DNA of 20,000 nucleotides from an uncultured virus (IMG/VR IMGVR_UViG_2563367026_000003) (Duplodnaviria; Heunggongvirae; Uroviricota; Caudoviricetes): IMG/VR virus record IMGVR_UViG_2563367026_000003; one strand, 5' to 3'. Shown piece by piece: positions 16,794 to 20,000 of this stretch (position 1 is its first letter; each line of letters starts with the position of its first letter). The notes under the pieces were generated by a model. It saw only the letters and a program-made list of their open reading frames with translations, ran no database searches and was not told where the DNA came from. The position numbers and the translations under genes were made by a program.

Positions 16794-16973
16794 CTAATTA
16801 ATAAAGTGAATGCTTGATGAACAAGCAGTTATTCCAAACAGAATCAATAAGAAAAGTAGAATCAACATGCTAATGCCCCATAAACAACCCTTTTCACTTT
16901 CTCTATTATTAATTTCTTGACTTCTTTTAAAGATATTATTACTTTTACATTCTTTAGTTGTTTTAAATTTCAC
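16794..16973 (-). CDS. Hypothetical 59-aa membrane peptide with a lipobox-like ITAC near the C-terminus (below the ORF-track cutoff)
   Basis: SD AAGGAAG, GTG start; MKFKTTKECKSNNIFKRSQEINNRESEKGCLWGISMLILLFLLILFGITACSSSIHFIN; TAG at 16796-16794. Confidence 0.7.
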   Translation of the reverse strand: MKFKTTKECKSNNIFKRSQEINNRESEKGCLWGISMLILLFLLILFGITACSSSIHFIN

Positions 16974-17234
16974 GTTTTTATTACTTCCTTTTGTCTAAAA
17001 GTTTACAATGAATTTTTGATTATAATAATATATTCAAAATAGTACTATCTAGTTTGATATGTCAAGCAATATTATTATAAAATTGGAATTCTGAGTTGTC
17101 TACTCTAATTTATTATATTTACCTATAAAAATACACCTCAAAAAATAGATTTTTCAGTCTAGCTTTTGGGGTGTACATTCCACACAAACATGTGATTATT
17201 TTGATGTTTCTATTAAACTTGTAATTTTAAATTT

Positions 17235-17256
17235 AAAGTCCCTAAAAAGTCCCTAA
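17235..17256 (+). repeat. Tandem 11-bp direct repeat, candidate integrase arm-binding sites
   Basis: AAAGTCCCTAA twice, about 105 bp inside the att core. Confidence 0.6.
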
Positions 17257-17344
17257 AATTTTATTTTATATGAGGTATTATTGATAATGATAAAGTTATA
17301 AACCTTGATATTATGCTGTTTTACTTTTTGAATGATAAGTAATT

Positions 17345-17542
17345 TTATGTTAAAAGTCTCCAGTTTGGATACAAAACGGTCGATAACATATAAACGTTAT
17401 GACTAACTAACTTCAAATCAGTATCATCTTTCTTAGATTCGGCTTTGGCACTATTGTCTGTCAGTGCCCCAATTAATAATAAATTTGCTAATGCAAGTGT
17501 TGCATCTTTTTTTAGTGTGTTGGATTTTGTTTTTTTCACCAT
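17345..17542 (-). pseudogene. hlb: Beta-hemolysin (sphingomyelinase) 5' fragment, disrupted by prophage integration
   Basis: SD AAGGAGTG; MVKKTKSNTLKKDATLALANLLLIGALTDNSAKAESKKDDTDLKLVSHNVYMLSTVLYPNW followed by phage-derived RLLT and stop. An alternative ATG lies at 17545. Confidence 0.96.
17360..17373 (-). other. Prophage attachment core at the integrase-distal junction within hlb
   Basis: Minus strand reads TGTATCCAAACTGG, the Sa3int core. The hlb protein matches up to ...VLYPNW and then diverges into phage sequence. Confidence 0.95.
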
Positions 17543-17842
17543 CATTATCACTCCTTTTATATAGCTTACAACAAAATAGATGCAAAATTGATTAACTAAA
17601 TTTAAATTAATTATTAAATCGAATTTATATTTTTGAGTAAATGTTTTTTGAGTATAAAGATGCTGTAAATATAATTGACAAATGTAATCGGATTTAAGAA
17701 ATGAAGGTTGTAATGACATTTAAGTTTGAAGCTTGGTATAAACAAAATCAAACAACATTTTAGGTATTGTAAATTAATTAGTTAATCAAAATTAAAAGAA
17801 CTTTTAACAGTGTTAAAAAATTATTGTTAAAGATAATTTATT

Positions 17843-17888
17843 ATTAATATTCAGTTAATTCAAAAAATAGAGAAAGTCTGGCTATAAT
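17843..17888 (+). promoter_or_regulatory. eap promoter with SaeR site
   Basis: ATTAA-tattca-GTTAA (17843-17858), overlapping the octamer AGTTAATT; -10 TATAAT at 17883-17888. Confidence 0.7.
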
Positions 17889-17930
17889 TAAGTTGCAATC
17901 ACGAATTACATAAAAAAGGAGAGATAATTT

Positions 17931-19034
17931 ATGAAATTTAAGTCATTGATTACAACAACATTAGCATTAGGTGTTTTAGCATCAACAGGAGCAAACTTTA
18001 ATACTAACGAAGCATCTGCCGCAGCTAAGCAAATAGATAAATCATCAAGTTCATTACATCATGGATATTCTAAAATACAGATTCCATATACAATCACTGT
18101 GAATGGTACAAGCCAAAACATTTTATCAAGCTTAACATTTAATAAGAATCAACAAATTAGTTATAAAGATATAGAGAATAAAGTTAAATCAGTTTTGTAC
18201 TTTAATAGAGGTATTAGTGATATCGATTTAAGACTTTCTAAGCAAGCAAAATACACGGTTCATTTTAAGAATGGCACAAAAAGAGTTGTCGATTTGAAAG
18301 CAGGCATTCACACAGCTGACTTAATTAATACAAGTGACATTAAAGCAATTAGTGTTAACGTAGATACTAAAAAGCAAGTGAAAGATAAAGAGGCAAAAGC
18401 AAATGTTCAAGTGCCGTATACAATCACTGTGAATGGTACAAGCCAAAACATTTTATCAAACTTAACATTTAAAAAGAATCAACAAATTAGTTATAAAGAT
18501 TTAGAGAATAATGTAAAATCAGTTTTAAAATCAAACAGAGGTATAACTGATGTAGATTTAAGACTTTCAAAACAAGCGAAATTTACAGTTAATTTTAAAA
18601 ATGGCACGAAAAAAGTTATCGATTTGAAAGCAGGCATTTATACAGCGAACTTAATCAATACAGGCGATATTAAAAATATCAATATAAATGTAGAAACTAA
18701 AAAGCAAGCGAAAGATAAAGAAGCAAAAGCAAATAATCAAGTGCCATATTCAATTAATTTAAATGGTACAACAACTAATATTCAATCTAATTTAGCATTT
18801 TCAAATAAACCTTGGACAAATTACAAAAATTTAACAGCAAAGGTTAAATCAGTATTGAAATCTGACAGAGGCGTTAGTGAACGTGATTTGAAACACGCAA
18901 AGAAAGCGTATTACACTGTTTACTTTAAAAATGGTGGTAAAAGAGTGATACATTTAAACTCGAATATTTATACAGCTAATTTAGTTCATGCGAAAGATAT
19001 TAAGAAAATTGAAGTTACAGTTAAAACTGGATAA
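17931..19034 (+). CDS. eap: Extracellular adherence protein Eap/Map, truncated to signal peptide plus three MAP repeats (367 aa)
   Basis: Signal MKFKSLITTTLALGVLASTGANFNTNEASA; MAP repeats start at 18081, 18411 and 18741; premature TAA at 19032-19034. Confidence 0.93.
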   Translation: MKFKSLITTTLALGVLASTGANFNTNEASAAAKQIDKSSSSLHHGYSKIQIPYTITVNGTSQNILSSLTFNKNQQISYKDIENKVKSVLYFNRGISDIDLRLSKQAKYTVHFKNGTKRVVDLKAGIHTADLINTSDIKAISVNVDTKKQVKDKEAKANVQVPYTITVNGTSQNILSNLTFKKNQQISYKDLENNVKSVLKSNRGITDVDLRLSKQAKFTVNFKNGTKKVIDLKAGIYTANLINTGDIKNININVETKKQAKDKEAKANNQVPYSINLNGTTTNIQSNLAFSNKPWTNYKNLTAKVKSVLKSDRGVSERDLKHAKKAYYTVYFKNGGKRVIHLNSNIYTANLVHAKDIKKIEVTVKTG

Positions 19035-20000
19035 AAAGCGAATGCAGAGCGTTATGTACCATACACAATTGCAGTAAATGGGACATCAACACCAAATTTA
19101 TCTGATTTAAAATTTAAAGGTGACTCACGTGTAAGTTACAGTGATATCACTAAAAAAGTTAAATCAGTATTGAAGTATGATAGAGGTATCGGTGAACGTG
19201 AATTAAAATATGCTAAAAAAGCAACTTATACAGTACATTTTAAAAATGGAACAAAAAAAGTGATTAATTTAAACTCAAAAATTAGCCAACTGAATTTGCT
19301 TTTTGTCAAAGATATTAAAAAGATAGATGTCGATGTTAAAACAGGGTCAAAAGCGAAAGCGGATAGCTATGTACCATACACAATCGCAGTAAATGGGACA
19401 TCAACACCTATTGCATCAAAACTAAAACTTTCGAATAAACAATTAATTGGTTATCAAGATTTAAATAAAAAAGTTAAATCAGTTTTAAAACATGATAGAG
19501 GTATCAATGATATTGAATTGAAATTTGCGAAACAAGCAAAGTATACTGTACACTTTAAAAATGGAAAGACACAAGTAGTTGACCTTAAATCAGATATCTT
19601 TACAAGAAACTTATTCAGTGTCAAAGATATTAAAAAGATAGATATTGATGTAAAACAACACACTAAATCTAATAAAGCGCTTAATAAAGTGGCTAACATA
19701 GCGACTAAAGTGAAGTTTCCAGTAACGATAAATGGATTTTCAAATGTAGTTTCAAATGAATTTGCGTTTTTACATCCACATAAAATAACAACAAACGACT
19801 TGAATGCTAAACTTAGACTAGCGTTAGCAAGCGATCAAGGTATTACTAAACATGATATTGGACTTTCTGAACGCACTGTGTATAAAGTGTATTTTAAAGA
19901 CGGATCATCAAAATTTGTTGACTTAAAAGCTGCGAAACAAGATTCAAAAGTATTTAAAGCAACTGACATTAAAAAAGTAGACATTGAAATTAAATTTTAA
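19035..20000 (+). pseudogene. eap: Remainder of eap (MAP repeats 4-6) in the same frame after the nonsense codon
   Basis: The frame stays open after TAA (KANAERYVPYTIAVNG...). Repeats start at 19056, 19371 and about 19716, ending KVDIEIKF and TAA 19998-20000. The uninterrupted gene would be 689 aa. Confidence 0.9.

Noticed and set aside
17546..17719. N-terminal extension of the 124-aa ORF upstream of hlb
   Set aside because: The hlb start is at 17542 or 17545 with SD AAGGAGTG; the extension is intergenic promoter DNA that is open by chance.
19454..19699. 81-aa minus-strand ORF
   Set aside because: Antisense shadow of the eap repeats.
19170..20000. 276-aa ORF as an independent second MAP-domain gene
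   Set aside because: It starts at a TTG in the middle of repeat 4 with no SD or signal peptide, and it is the in-frame continuation of eap.

Overview
Staphylococcus aureus chromosome window. Bases 1-17373 are the late and accessory end of an hlb-converting (Sa3int, phi13/phiN315-like) siphoviral prophage. In order it carries: the 3' part of the major tail protein gene with an out-of-frame Ig-like extension, the tail assembly chaperone with a -1 frameshift partner, tape measure protein (M23 peptidase and lytic transglycosylase domains), distal tail protein, a 1261-aa tail tip protein, small tail genes, the SprG1/SprF1 type I toxin-antitoxin locus, holin and CHAP endolysin. Next is an immune evasion cluster with sak and scn but no chp or sea/sep (type E pattern), which also holds the sRNAs SprX and SprD, further candidate sRNA units and an orphan endolysin SH3b fragment. 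Three uncharacterised minus-strand membrane ORFs precede the att core (TGTATCCAAACTGG on the minus strand) in the split hlb gene. Host DNA follows: the hlb 5' fragment and a six-repeat eap/map gene with one in-frame TAA after repeat 3. The most notable leads are a candidate -1 frameshift adding an Ig domain to the tail tube protein, a head-to-tail chain of promoter-to-terminator sRNA units, a 59-aa ORF whose lipobox would leave a 9-residue lipopeptide, an unlisted 20-aa aromatic ORF, and the eap nonsense codon. All identifications come from sequence reading and recall; no database search was run.
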